Origin: Coriobacteriia bacterium
GTDB lineage: Bacteria; Actinomycetota; Coriobacteriia; Anaerosomatales; PALSA-660
DNA length: 64,000 bases
Direction of reading: 5' to 3'
Assembly: GCA_036507895.1 (NCBI GenBank)
Contig: DATCIG010000008.1
Coordinates: 6,189-70,188 of the forward strand
Shown here: piece by piece, positions 43,846 through 53,418 of the stretch
How the letters are laid out: each line of letters begins with the position of its first letter
Numbering within the stretch: the stretch's first letter is position 1
The notes under the pieces: model-generated
Database searches by the model: none
Seen by the model: the letters and a program-made list of their open reading frames with translations, nothing else
What the model was told of the DNA's origin: nothing
Translations under genes and position numbers: made by a program

Positions 43846-44798
43846 CAACCCCTCCTCTTGAACACGTACAACATGCCCAGTGTGATGACCACGAACGAGG
43901 CGATCACGGCCGGGAACGACCACGGCCACTCGGGCGAAGGCCACATCTTCGCCGTGATGTTCATCCCGTATATGCCCGAGATCAGCGTCAGCGGCATGAA
44001 GATCGTGGCAACGACCGTCAGCTGCTTCATGACGGCATTCAGCCGATTGGAGATCGCCGACAGGTAGATGTCCATCACGCTGGAGGCCACATCACGGTAG
44101 ATATCGATCGAATCGGCGACGCGTGCCACGTGGTCGCCGACGTCCTGGAAGTACAAGTAGGCTTCCTGGCTCACGAAGGCGTTGTAGCGGGTCAGCGCAC
44201 GCAGGACGTCGCGCTCCGGCCCGATGGCCTTGTGCAGGTTGAGCATCATCCGCTTGACCGCGTAGAGCTCCTGAAGCTGACCGTCCTGGACCTTCGCGAG
44301 CAGTTCGTTCTCGATCCGGTCGAGGTCCTCCCCGACCATGTCGACCACCGGGAACATCTCATCGACCGAGCGGTCAAGGATGCTGTGCAACGTCCATTCG
44401 GCGCCGCGGGCGAGAGCGCCACAAGCGTCGTCTGCCACCTCATCGATCGCTTTGACGCCACTGCGGTGCGAGGTGATGAGATAGCCGGCGCCCAGGAACA
44501 CGTCGATCTCATTCAGCTCGAGTGTCCTGTCGGCCGCGAGATCGGGTGCGACCCAGACCAGGAACAGGTTATCGACGTAGCTGTCGAGCTTGGGCCGCTG
44601 TGGGAAGTGGAGGGCGTCTTCGACGGCGAGTGGGTGCAGCGGGAATTCGCTCGCCAAGGTACGGAACGTCTCCTTGCCGGGTTTGGAGACGTCGACCCAT
44701 ACGGTGCCGGCGGCTTTTCGGGCGCGCGCGATGTCGGCGAGCCCCCCGGTCAGGACCGCGCCATCGACCACCCATCGAACAATGACCGTTTCCGGCAC
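43839..44798 (-). CDS. corA: CorA-family magnesium/cobalt transporter
   Basis: C-terminal two TM helices with the YGMN signature (ISGIYGMNI). Confidence 0.9.
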   Translation of the reverse strand: MPETVIVRWVVDGAVLTGGLADIARARKAAGTVWVDVSKPGKETFRTLASEFPLHPLAVEDALHFPQRPKLDSYVDNLFLVWVAPDLAADRTLELNEIDVFLGAGYLITSHRSGVKAIDEVADDACGALARGAEWTLHSILDRSVDEMFPVVDMVGEDLDRIENELLAKVQDGQLQELYAVKRMMLNLHKAIGPERDVLRALTRYNAFVSQEAYLYFQDVGDHVARVADSIDIYRDVASSVMDIYLSAISNRLNAVMKQLTVVATIFMPLTLISGIYGMNITAKMWPSPEWPWSFPAVIASFVVITLGMLYVFKRRGWW

Positions 44799-44965
44799 TG
44801 CGATCCCCTCCCCGACACTTGGCTATGACACGCGCGGACGACGCGCGCTCCTGCCTGCGATTATGCACGAATCGAGCCTGTCGAGGGTTCACGGAAGGTC
44901 CCGGGAACGGTGGCATGCGGGAGCCACTCGAACCGGAGGTGACGCGGCCGCGCTACACTGCCCAT

Positions 44966-46420
44966 ATGCTGCTGCCGATCATCCAACAGTACGGTCTTCC
45001 GGTCGTAGCGTTCTATGCCCTGTGCGTCATCATCGTCGCAACCGTCATCTACGAGGAACGCGACCCGTCCACGACACTGGCATGGGTACTCGTCTTCCTG
45101 GCGGTCCCCCTTCTGGGCTTCGTGCTCTACATCCTCTTGGGGCGCGACCAGCGGGTCGAGGCCGCCCGAGACAAGCGGCGCAGGCATGCGCAGGACCGCG
45201 GCCGAGAGGTCATCACCCCGATCTACTCGCGCTTCGCCGAAGAGGCGACGCTGCTCGAGACCACACGGCCGGCCATCGTCGGTCGCCTCGTACGGGCGAT
45301 CCGTACGATGACCGGGGCCGGACCGCTGCCCTGCACCGACCTTGCGATCCTCGCCGGCGGGGCCGAGATGTTCGAGCGGCTCTACCGCGACATCGAAGCC
45401 GCGAACGATCACATCCATCTCGAGTACTACATCTGGGAGGATGACGAACTCACCCGGCGCTTCTGCGACCTGCTCGGCGAGAAGGCCCGCGCGGGAGTAG
45501 AGGTGCGCGTCCTGTACGACTGGGTGGGTTCGATCCGTTACGGGAAGGAGCAGCTCAGCGGGCTCCGTCGCGCAGGTGCGCGGGTGCACGCCGATGCCGC
45601 TCGACTTCTTCGGCTCAACTACCGCAACCACCGGAAGATCGTCGTCATCGACGGTCGGGTCGCCTTCACCGGAGGCGCCAATTTCGGCCAGGAGTACATT
45701 GACGGCGGAAGCCGTTTCGCCTCGTGGCGCGATACGAGCATACGCTTCGGAGGACCACTGGTGGCCGATCTCCAGCGACTGTTCGCCGTGCGCTGGATGA
45801 GGGTCACGGGCGAGGACCTCTTCTCCACACGGTACTTCTCCGACCCGGATCCCGAAGCGGCGACCGGGAAACCCGTGTGGGCGCAGGTAGTGCATTCGGG
45901 TTCCGAGAGCCGGTGGGAATCCATCCGCGAGGCGTTCCTGATCGCTATCGGGTCGGCCACGAGCCGGGTGCGCGTGCAGTCGCCGTATTTCGTGCCCGAC
46001 CAGGGCGTGATGGACTCGCTGGTCGTACAGTCGCTGGCTGGTGTCGACGTCGAGGTCATGATGGCGGGCGTGCACGACAAGAGGATCCCCTGGTGGGCCG
46101 CGTTCACCTACATCGACGACGTACTCGAGGCCGGCGCGGTCGTCGAACAGTACCAAGAGGGGTTCTTCCACGCGAAGACGATGACGATCGACGGGTCCGT
46201 CGCTGTGATCGGAACGACCAACTTCGACATCCGCAGCTTCTCTCTCCACGACGAGCTCAGCATCTTCTTCTACGACAAGGGCGTCGCCGCAGCACAGGAT
46301 GCGATCTTCGAAGCGGATCTCGCCGCGTGCCGGACACTCACCGCATCCGAAGTCGCGAACCTCCCCCGACCGATCCGCTTCCGGAACGCGCTCGCGCGAC
46401 TCGTTTCGCGCGTGCTATAG
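44966..46420 (+). CDS. cls: Cardiolipin synthase (PLD superfamily)
   Basis: Two N-terminal TM helices and two HKD motifs (NHRKIVVIDG..., FFHAKTMTIDG...). Start refined to ATG 44966. Confidence 0.9.
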   Translation: MLLPIIQQYGLPVVAFYALCVIIVATVIYEERDPSTTLAWVLVFLAVPLLGFVLYILLGRDQRVEAARDKRRRHAQDRGREVITPIYSRFAEEATLLETTRPAIVGRLVRAIRTMTGAGPLPCTDLAILAGGAEMFERLYRDIEAANDHIHLEYYIWEDDELTRRFCDLLGEKARAGVEVRVLYDWVGSIRYGKEQLSGLRRAGARVHADAARLLRLNYRNHRKIVVIDGRVAFTGGANFGQEYIDGGSRFASWRDTSIRFGGPLVADLQRLFAVRWMRVTGEDLFSTRYFSDPDPEAATGKPVWAQVVHSGSESRWESIREAFLIAIGSATSRVRVQSPYFVPDQGVMDSLVVQSLAGVDVEVMMAGVHDKRIPWWAAFTYIDDVLEAGAVVEQYQEGFFHAKTMTIDGSVAVIGTTNFDIRSFSLHDELSIFFYDKGVAAAQDAIFEADLAACRTLTASEVANLPRPIRFRNALARLVSRVL

Positions 46421-46456
46421 ACCCACCCCACCCTCCCAGCGTCCGAAAGAGACCCG

Positions 46457-46963
46457 TTGAGCGACTGCACCTGCACCGACGACAAGAGCCCCTGCTTCGA
46501 TGCCGCGGCCCTCGATGGGATCCTGGTAGAGCATGTGATGCAACCGGGGTCGCTGATGCCGGTGCTTCAGGCGACCCAGCACGCCTACGGGTATCTGCCC
46601 GAACCCGCGCTCGAACGGATCGCCGAGGCCCTCGGACTGCCCTTGGCCGAGATCTTCGGAGTGGCGACGTTCTACACCCACTTCCACCTGAGCCCCCCGG
46701 GCCGCCACATCGTTCAGGTGTGCCATGGCACCGCGTGTCATGTGAAGGGTGCGACCGAGGTCACCGAAGCGATCGTCTCGGAACTCGGCGTCGACGTGGG
46801 CAAGACCTCGACCGACCTGAGCGTGACGGTCGAGTCGGTCTCGTGCGTGGGATGCTGTGCACTGGCGCCGGTGGTGCTCATCGATGAGACCGCGCACGGC
46901 GGGTTGGATGCCAAGGCCGCACGGCGCCTGGCCAAGGCGCTTCACGTCAAGGTGGCGTCGTGA
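46457..46963 (+). CDS. NuoE/HydC-like [2Fe-2S] thioredoxin-fold subunit
   Basis: ...ATFYTHF......VCHGTACHVKG...SCVGCCALAPV... are the typical NuoE cysteines. Confidence 0.85.
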   Translation: MSDCTCTDDKSPCFDAAALDGILVEHVMQPGSLMPVLQATQHAYGYLPEPALERIAEALGLPLAEIFGVATFYTHFHLSPPGRHIVQVCHGTACHVKGATEVTEAIVSELGVDVGKTSTDLSVTVESVSCVGCCALAPVVLIDETAHGGLDAKAARRLAKALHVKVAS

Positions 46964-48813
46964 CGACGCGCGAGACAGCGGCGCCGCTCGCGTCCCATGA
47001 GCCGGACGGCATGCTCGCAGGTGCGACCACGATCCGCATCTGCACCGGCTCCGGTTGCGTGATGAGCGGCTCGCTGGTCGTGGCCGAGCGTGTCGAGTCC
47101 GCGATCGCTGAAGCGGGCGCCGGCGATCGCGTGCGCGTGGTCCGCACCGGCTGCGACGGGCTGTGCGAACTGGGGCCGCTCACCGTCATCGACCCGCGAG
47201 GCACCTTCTACCCCAAAGTGACCGAACACCAGGTCGAACGCATCGTCGACTCGATCCTGGCCGGCGGCGCGCCGGTGACCGAGCTGCTCTATCGCGACCA
47301 CACAGCCGACGCACCCATCGAACGCTATGCCGACCTGCCCTTCAACCGCAGCCAACAGCACATCGTGCTGCGCAACTGTGGCGTCATCGACCCGGAAGAT
47401 ATCGAGCACGCGATCGAGCGGGGCGTCTACGACGGCCTGCGCACGGCGCTGACCTCGATGTCCCCCGACCGGGTCATCGCGCAGATCCAGGCCTCGGGCC
47501 TGCGTGGACGCGGGGGCGCTGGCTTCTCGACCGGACTGAAATGGCGCTTCACGCGCGACGCGGCCGGCGACGGCAGCGGGCAGAAGTACGTGATCTGCAA
47601 CGCCGATGAAGGCGATCCCGGTGCGTTCATGGATCGCGGCATCGCGGAGGGCGATCCGCATTCGGTGCTCGAGGGCCTCGCGATAGCCGCCTATGCCGTA
47701 GGCGCGACACACGGGTTCGTGTACGTGCGCTCCGAGTACCCGCTGGCGGTCAAGCGCTTCCGCATGGCGATCGCAGCCGCTACGAAGCACGGCTTTCTGG
47801 GCGACGACGTGTTCGGCAGCGGCTTCTGCTTCAATGCCGAGGTCCGCGAGGGTGCTGGCGCGTTCGTATGCGGCGAGGAGACGGCACTCATCGCGTCGAT
47901 CGAGGGGCGCCGCGGGACGCCGCGCACCCGGCCGCCCTTCCCGGCACAGTCGGGACTATGGGGACGCCCCACCTGCATCAACAACGTCGAGACGCTCGCG
48001 AACGTCCCCTGGATCATCACCCATGGTGCCGACGAGTACACCGCCATGGGCTCGGGCACGAGCCGTGGCACCAAGGTGTTCGCGCTCACGGGCAAGGTCC
48101 GGCACAGCGGTCTGGTCGAGGTGCCGTTCGGACTCTCGGTACGCGAGCTGGTCGAGACGATCGGCGGCGGGACACCCGACGGAAGTCCGGCAAAGGCGGT
48201 CCAGTTCGGCGGTCCGAGCGGCGGATGCCTTCCCGAGTCTCTGTTCGACACCCCGATCGAGTACGAGACGCTCGCGGCGGTCGGTGCGATCGTGGGTTCC
48301 GGCGGAGTCGTCGTGGTCGACGGGCACACGTGCATGGTGGACCTCGCGCGCTTCTTCCTCTCGTTCACCCAGAAGGAGTCGTGCGGCAAATGCGTGCCGT
48401 GTCGGATCGGCACCAAGCGCATGCTTGAGATCGTGACCCGCATCTGCGAGGGCGACGGCGCGCCGGGCGACCTGGACACGCTCGAACAGCTCGCGCGCGA
48501 CGTGGGTGCGCTTTCGCTGTGCGGCCTCGGGCAGACGGCACCCAACCCGGTACTCACTTCGCTGCGCTACTTCCGACACGAGTACGAGGAACACATCCTC
48601 GAGCACAAGTGTCGGGCGGGCGCGTGCAAACGTCTCTCCACCTTCCGCATCGTCAGCCACAGATGTATCGGCTGTGGCGTGTGCAAGAAGTACTGCCCGA
48701 CCGACGCAATCTCGGGCACCCCGAAACTGCCGCATCTCATCGACCAGGCGCTGTGCATCAAATGTGGCGCCTGCCAGCAACGATGCCCGTCCGACGCGAT
48801 CGAGCGCAGCTAG
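46960..48813 (+). CDS. NuoF/HydB-like NAD(P)H-binding flavoprotein subunit, with an N-terminal [2Fe-2S] domain and a C-terminal 2x[4Fe-4S] ferredoxin domain
   Basis: GLRGRGGAGFSTG (FMN/NAD site), CNADEGDPGAF, ESCGKCVPCR (N3 cluster), C-terminal CIGCGVCKKYC and CIKCGACQQRC. Confidence 0.85.
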   Translation: MTTRETAAPLASHEPDGMLAGATTIRICTGSGCVMSGSLVVAERVESAIAEAGAGDRVRVVRTGCDGLCELGPLTVIDPRGTFYPKVTEHQVERIVDSILAGGAPVTELLYRDHTADAPIERYADLPFNRSQQHIVLRNCGVIDPEDIEHAIERGVYDGLRTALTSMSPDRVIAQIQASGLRGRGGAGFSTGLKWRFTRDAAGDGSGQKYVICNADEGDPGAFMDRGIAEGDPHSVLEGLAIAAYAVGATHGFVYVRSEYPLAVKRFRMAIAAATKHGFLGDDVFGSGFCFNAEVREGAGAFVCGEETALIASIEGRRGTPRTRPPFPAQSGLWGRPTCINNVETLANVPWIITHGADEYTAMGSGTSRGTKVFALTGKVRHSGLVEVPFGLSVRELVETIGGGTPDGSPAKAVQFGGPSGGCLPESLFDTPIEYETLAAVGAIVGSGGVVVVDGHTCMVDLARFFLSFTQKESCGKCVPCRIGTKRMLEIVTRICEGDGAPGDLDTLEQLARDVGALSLCGLGQTAPNPVLTSLRYFRHEYEEHILEHKCRAGACKRLSTFRIVSHRCIGCGVCKKYCPTDAISGTPKLPHLIDQALCIKCGACQQRCPSDAIERS

Positions 48814-51558
48814 ATGACCCCCGACAACGACACGGACCTCACGCTAACGGTCGACGGCCGCGATATCGCCGCGCGAACCGGCGAAAGCGTGCTGACCGCC
48901 TGCCGAAGGGCCGGTGTCCATATCCCCACCTTATGCGACGACCCCCGCCTCGAGCCCTATGGTGGCTGCAGGCTGTGTGTGGTGCAGGTGGAAGGCATGC
49001 GCGGCTATCCCACATCGTGCACCACGCCGGTCGCCGACGGCATGGTGGTCACCACGGTCAACGATGAGTTGCATCGCATGCGCCGCACGCTCATAGAGCT
49101 GCTTCTGTCCGACCACAACGTGGACTGCCTCGTATGCGAAGCCAATGGCCGATGCACGCTCCAGGACCTTGCGTATTCCCACCAAGTGGACGAGAAGCGC
49201 TTCTCCGGCGCCAAGCATGCTCTCCCCTCGCCCACCGACGACGATCCGCTGATCGAACGCGACTACAGCAAGTGCATCTCCTGCGGCCGCTGCGTGCGCA
49301 TCTGCGCCGAGGTGCAGGGTGCCGACGTCTACGGCTACAGCGGACGTGGATTCGACGTCCTGCCCGATACGCCCTACAGCCGCTCGCTGGCCCGCTCGGG
49401 CTGCGAGTTCTGCGGCCAATGCGTCTCGGTGTGCCCCACCGGCGCGCTCACCGACAGGCTCTCGCGCCTCTCGGGCCGCCCCTGGGAGACACGTACCGTC
49501 GAGTCGACGTGCGGCTACTGCGGCGTGGGATGCTCGGTGGACTACCGGGTCAGGGACGGGCGCATCGTGAGCGCCGAGGCCTCGATCGGGCGGGGCGTCA
49601 ACGGCGGCAACCTGTGCGCGAAGGGCCGTTACGGCTGGCGGTTCACGCATCACCCCGATCGTCTCACCACGCCGCTGATCCGCCGCAACGGAGTGCTGGT
49701 CGAAGCGAGCTGGGACGAAGCGGTCGAATACATCGCCGAGAGGCTCGGAGCGATCGTGGCAGAGAGCGGTCCCGATTCGATCGGCGGCCTGGCGAGCGCC
49801 AAGTGCACCAACGAGGAGAACTACCTCTTCCAGAAGTTCATGCGCGCCACTTTAGGGACGCACAACGTCGACCACTGCGCGCGCCTCTGCCACGCGTCGA
49901 CCGTGACGGGCCTTGCCGCGGCGTTCGGCAGCGGCGCGATGACCAATTCGATCGCCGACCTGAAGCAGGCGCAGGTCATCCTCGTCATCGGGAGCAACAC
50001 GACCGAGGCGCACCCGATCATCGGGATCGAGTTGACGCGCGCAGCGGAGGCGGGCACCAGGCTCTTCGTCATCGACCCCAGGAAGATCCGCCTCACCAAG
50101 CACGCGGCCGCGCACCTGGCGCTTCGCCCCGGAACCAACGTGGCGCTGTTCAATGCGATGGCACGCATCGTGATCGACGAGGGATTCGCGAACCGCGACT
50201 TCGTCGAGCGCCGCACCGAGGGCTTCGAAGAGTACGCGGCGATGCTCGCGACTCTCGATCTCGAGGACGCCGCTGAGACCTGCGGCGTGCCGCTCGCCGA
50301 CATCCGCGCGGCGGCGATCGCCTACGCCTCGGCAGAACGTGCGAGCATCGTCTACTCCATGGGGATCACACAGCACTCGTCGGGCACCGAGCAGGTGCGT
50401 GCCGTGGCCAACCTTGCGCTCCTCACGGGTCAGATCGGCCGGCCCGGTACGGGAGTCAACCCGTTGCGCGGTCAGAACAACGTGCAGGGAGCGTGCGACC
50501 TCGCCTGCCTGCCGAACTGCCTGCCCGGCTATCAGCCGACCGATCGCGGCACACTCGACCGCTTCTGCGATTACTGGGAAAGCGACGTCGAACTGCCCAC
50601 GACGCCCGGACTCACGCTCGTCGAGATGCTCGACGCAGCGGCGGAGGGCACGCTCAAAGCGCTCTACATCATGGGCGAGAACCCGGTGATCTCCGACCCG
50701 GGTCAGGCACACGTGATCGACGCGCTCGAGAACCTCGAGTTCCTCGTGGTGCAGGACATCTTCCTCACCGAGACGGCCTCGCTGGCCGACGTGGTGCTTC
50801 CCGCCGCCTCCTTCCTCGAGAAGGAGGGCACGTTCACCAATACCGAACGCCGTGTCCAGCTGGTCGACCGGGTGGTGGACGCGCCCGGTCTCGCTCTTGC
50901 CGATGGCGAGATCATCGCGCGGATCTCCGCGGCGATGGGCACCGAGATGCGGTACGGCTCGCCACGCGAGGTCATGGAGGAGATGGCGGCCGTCACGCCG
51001 CAGTACGGGGGGATCACCTACGCGCGCCTGGCGCGCGAGGGCGGCCTGCAGTGGCCCTGCCCCACCGCCGATCATCCGGGTACCCCGGTCCTGCACACGG
51101 AAACGTTCACGCGCGGCCGCGGCTCGTTCGCCGCGATCGGATACCGTCCCGCACCCGACGATGCGACACCCGAGCGGCCGTTCGTGCTCACCACCGGCCG
51201 AAATCTGTGGAACTTCCACACGAACACGATGACGGGTGCGTCGGCAGGGCTCGCCGAACTCAGCCCCACAGGCTACGTCGAGCTGAACGCCGAGGACGCG
51301 CAGCGGATCGGCGTGTGCGACGGCGAGCCCGTGACACTGACGAGCAAGCACGGCACGCTGACGCTCCCCGCCCGCGTGCGCGCGACGCGCGCGCCCAGAC
51401 GGGGGACCGCGTTCATGCCGTTCCACTTCGCCGACGCGCCGGCCAACCGGCTCACGGGCGGCATGCTGGACCCGGAATCGAAGATCCCGGGCCTCAAGGT
51501 GACCTCGGTGTCGATCGTGAAAGCCATCCCGGAGCCGGACCTCACCCCTCCGGGGTGA
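48814..51558 (+). CDS. fdhA: Formate dehydrogenase catalytic subunit (molybdo/tungstopterin; NuoG-like Fe-S N-terminus); cysteine type, not selenocysteine
   Basis: N-terminal 2Fe-2S/4Fe-4S cysteine clusters. MopB core with NVDHCARLCHAST, where Cys occupies the position of Sec in FdhH-type enzymes. No in-frame TGA. Confidence 0.85.
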   Translation: MTPDNDTDLTLTVDGRDIAARTGESVLTACRRAGVHIPTLCDDPRLEPYGGCRLCVVQVEGMRGYPTSCTTPVADGMVVTTVNDELHRMRRTLIELLLSDHNVDCLVCEANGRCTLQDLAYSHQVDEKRFSGAKHALPSPTDDDPLIERDYSKCISCGRCVRICAEVQGADVYGYSGRGFDVLPDTPYSRSLARSGCEFCGQCVSVCPTGALTDRLSRLSGRPWETRTVESTCGYCGVGCSVDYRVRDGRIVSAEASIGRGVNGGNLCAKGRYGWRFTHHPDRLTTPLIRRNGVLVEASWDEAVEYIAERLGAIVAESGPDSIGGLASAKCTNEENYLFQKFMRATLGTHNVDHCARLCHASTVTGLAAAFGSGAMTNSIADLKQAQVILVIGSNTTEAHPIIGIELTRAAEAGTRLFVIDPRKIRLTKHAAAHLALRPGTNVALFNAMARIVIDEGFANRDFVERRTEGFEEYAAMLATLDLEDAAETCGVPLADIRAAAIAYASAERASIVYSMGITQHSSGTEQVRAVANLALLTGQIGRPGTGVNPLRGQNNVQGACDLACLPNCLPGYQPTDRGTLDRFCDYWESDVELPTTPGLTLVEMLDAAAEGTLKALYIMGENPVISDPGQAHVIDALENLEFLVVQDIFLTETASLADVVLPAASFLEKEGTFTNTERRVQLVDRVVDAPGLALADGEIIARISAAMGTEMRYGSPREVMEEMAAVTPQYGGITYARLAREGGLQWPCPTADHPGTPVLHTETFTRGRGSFAAIGYRPAPDDATPERPFVLTTGRNLWNFHTNTMTGASAGLAELSPTGYVELNAEDAQRIGVCDGEPVTLTSKHGTLTLPARVRATRAPRRGTAFMPFHFADAPANRLTGGMLDPESKIPGLKVTSVSIVKAIPEPDLTPPG

Positions 51559-52279
51559 CCAGCCCCTCGACACGCCCGAGCGCGGCATCCGCCAGCAGCG
51601 CCAGCATCGCTGCAGCGGCCGCGCCTTCGAGCACTAAGGCGTAGTTCTGCGTGTTGATCCCGGAGAAGATCGGCGACCCGAGCCCGCCGGCTCCGGTCGC
51701 CGCAGCGACGGTCGCGGTGCCGATGTTGACGATCACCGACGTCCTCACACCGCCCATGATCACGCGTGCGGCGAGCGGCAACTCGACCCTGAAGAGAACG
51801 CTCCACCGGCCCATACCCATGCCACGTGCCGCGTCGAGTACCGCTGCCGGGACCGCGTCGATGCCGGCGACCGTGCCACTCACCACAGGGAACATCCCAT
51901 AGAGCGACAGCGCGACGATCGCTGGGGCCAGCCCGAGCCCGAGGATCGGCATCATCAGCGCAAGCACCGCGATCGGCGGGAACGTCTGCCCGAAGTCGAC
52001 CGCCGCCGTCACCAGCTCCCGAAAGTCCCTGCCAGATTCGCGGGTGACCCATATCCCGAGCGGGAGGCCCACCAGGAGCGTGATCGCACTCGAGACCAGG
52101 ACGATCTGTAGGTGCTGGACGACGAGCACGGCCAGCGTAGCGCTCGGGAAGACCACGACGGGCATCGTCGGGAAGAGCGCGCGAAGGACGGCAGCCCACC
52201 AGTCCTCGCGCGAGACGACGTAGCCGAACACGACCGCGCCGGCCGCGACGAGCACCGACGCTGTCCAGCGCCGCCTCAA
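51542..52279 (-). CDS. Osmoprotectant (glycine betaine/choline-type) ABC transporter permease (YehW/OpuCD-like)
   Basis: BPD-transporter permease pattern, part of a 4-gene overlapping operon. Its 3' end overlaps the convergent fdhA by 17 nt. Confidence 0.8.
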   Translation of the reverse strand: MRRRWTASVLVAAGAVVFGYVVSREDWWAAVLRALFPTMPVVVFPSATLAVLVVQHLQIVLVSSAITLLVGLPLGIWVTRESGRDFRELVTAAVDFGQTFPPIAVLALMMPILGLGLAPAIVALSLYGMFPVVSGTVAGIDAVPAAVLDAARGMGMGRWSVLFRVELPLAARVIMGGVRTSVIVNIGTATVAAATGAGGLGSPIFSGINTQNYALVLEGAAAAAMLALLADAALGRVEGLVTPEG

Positions 52280-53418
52280 CGCCCGACCTCCTCGTCGGTC
52301 CCGCCACCGGCGTGGGCGTCCCCTTCGGTGAGCGTGGCCTCGATCCCCGCCAAGGCGACGTCGCCCAGCAGGCGACCCGTGCCGTCAGTCACCGCGATCG
52401 ACCGGAACCCGAGCTCGAGCATGCGGGAGAGCGCCTCCTTGAGCGAGGTGTCCGGGCGCACCGCCATCTGCCGCCAATCGACGTGTGTGACAGCGGACTC
52501 CGCCGAACCTCCGCGGTCCAGCACCCGGCAGTCGAACCATCCCACGAGCCGACCTTCCTCATCGACGAGGTAGGCGAACCGCTCCTTCGCACAGGAGGCG
52601 CGTGCGGCAGCCGCACCGGCGTCGGTGCCATCGGTGATCGTGGGGATACCGGAGTGCATGATGGCGTCCACACGCACGCGACCGAGCCGCTTGAGCGCCC
52701 GATCGGCGCCCATGAAGTCGTGAACGAACTTGTCCGCCGGATGGTCGAGCAGCTGCTCGGGAGTGTCGTACTGCCGCAACCGGCCGTCCTTCATGAGCGC
52801 GATCCTGTCGGCAAGTCTGATCGCCTCGTCGACGTCGTGTGTCACAAAGACCACCGTCTTGCGCAACTCCCGCTGTATGCGCGCGAACTCACTCTGCAGC
52901 CGCTCGCGGTTGAGCGGATCCACCGCCCCGAAGGGCTCATCCATGAGCAACACCGGGGGATCGGCAGCCAGCGCCCTCGCCACCCCCACGCGCTGCGCCT
53001 CCCCTCCCGAGAGCGCACGCGGGTACTTCGACGCGTACGCGCCCGCGTCGAGTCCCACCAGGGTCAACAGCTCGTCGACGCGTCGCGCCATACGGGACCG
53101 GTCCCAACCCAGGAGCTTCGGCACGGTCACGATGTTCTCCGCGACCGTGAGATGCGGGAACAAGCCGACCGATTGGATCGCGTAGCCGAGCCCGCGCCTG
53201 AGCTCCTCCGGCGAGACGCTCAGGACATCGCGATCCCCTACCAGGATCCGGCCGCCCGTCGGGTCGATGAGGCGGTTGATCATCCGCAGCGTCGTGGTCT
53301 TGCCGCACCCGGACGGTCCGATGAGCACGCACACCTCACCCTCGCCGACCTCCAGCGAAAGACGGTCCACGGCGAGCGTCTCGCCATAACGCTTGGTGAC
53401 CTCTTCGAGCCGGATCAT
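52276..53418 (-). CDS. Osmoprotectant ABC transporter ATP-binding protein with tandem C-terminal CBS domains (YehX/OpuCA-like)
   Basis: Walker A GPSGCGKTT, LSGGEAQRV, Walker B LLMDEPF. The C-terminal region is CBS-like. Confidence 0.85.
   Translation of the reverse strand: MIRLEEVTKRYGETLAVDRLSLEVGEGEVCVLIGPSGCGKTTTLRMINRLIDPTGGRILVGDRDVLSVSPEELRRGLGYAIQSVGLFPHLTVAENIVTVPKLLGWDRSRMARRVDELLTLVGLDAGAYASKYPRALSGGEAQRVGVARALAADPPVLLMDEPFGAVDPLNRERLQSEFARIQRELRKTVVFVTHDVDEAIRLADRIALMKDGRLRQYDTPEQLLDHPADKFVHDFMGADRALKRLGRVRVDAIMHSGIPTITDGTDAGAAAARASCAKERFAYLVDEEGRLVGWFDCRVLDRGGSAESAVTHVDWRQMAVRPDTSLKEALSRMLELGFRSIAVTDGTGRLLGDVALAGIEATLTEGDAHAGGGTDEEVGR

Noticed and set aside
44799-44965. Possible M-box (Mg2+) riboswitch upstream of corA.
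   Set aside because: The 167-nt divergent spacer shows none of the M-box conserved stretches that I remember. It is more likely just the corA/cls divergent promoters.
48814-51558. Possible selenocysteine (in-frame TGA + SECIS) in the formate dehydrogenase.
   Set aside because: The ORF is uninterrupted, and the catalytic position is a Cys codon (ARLCHAS).
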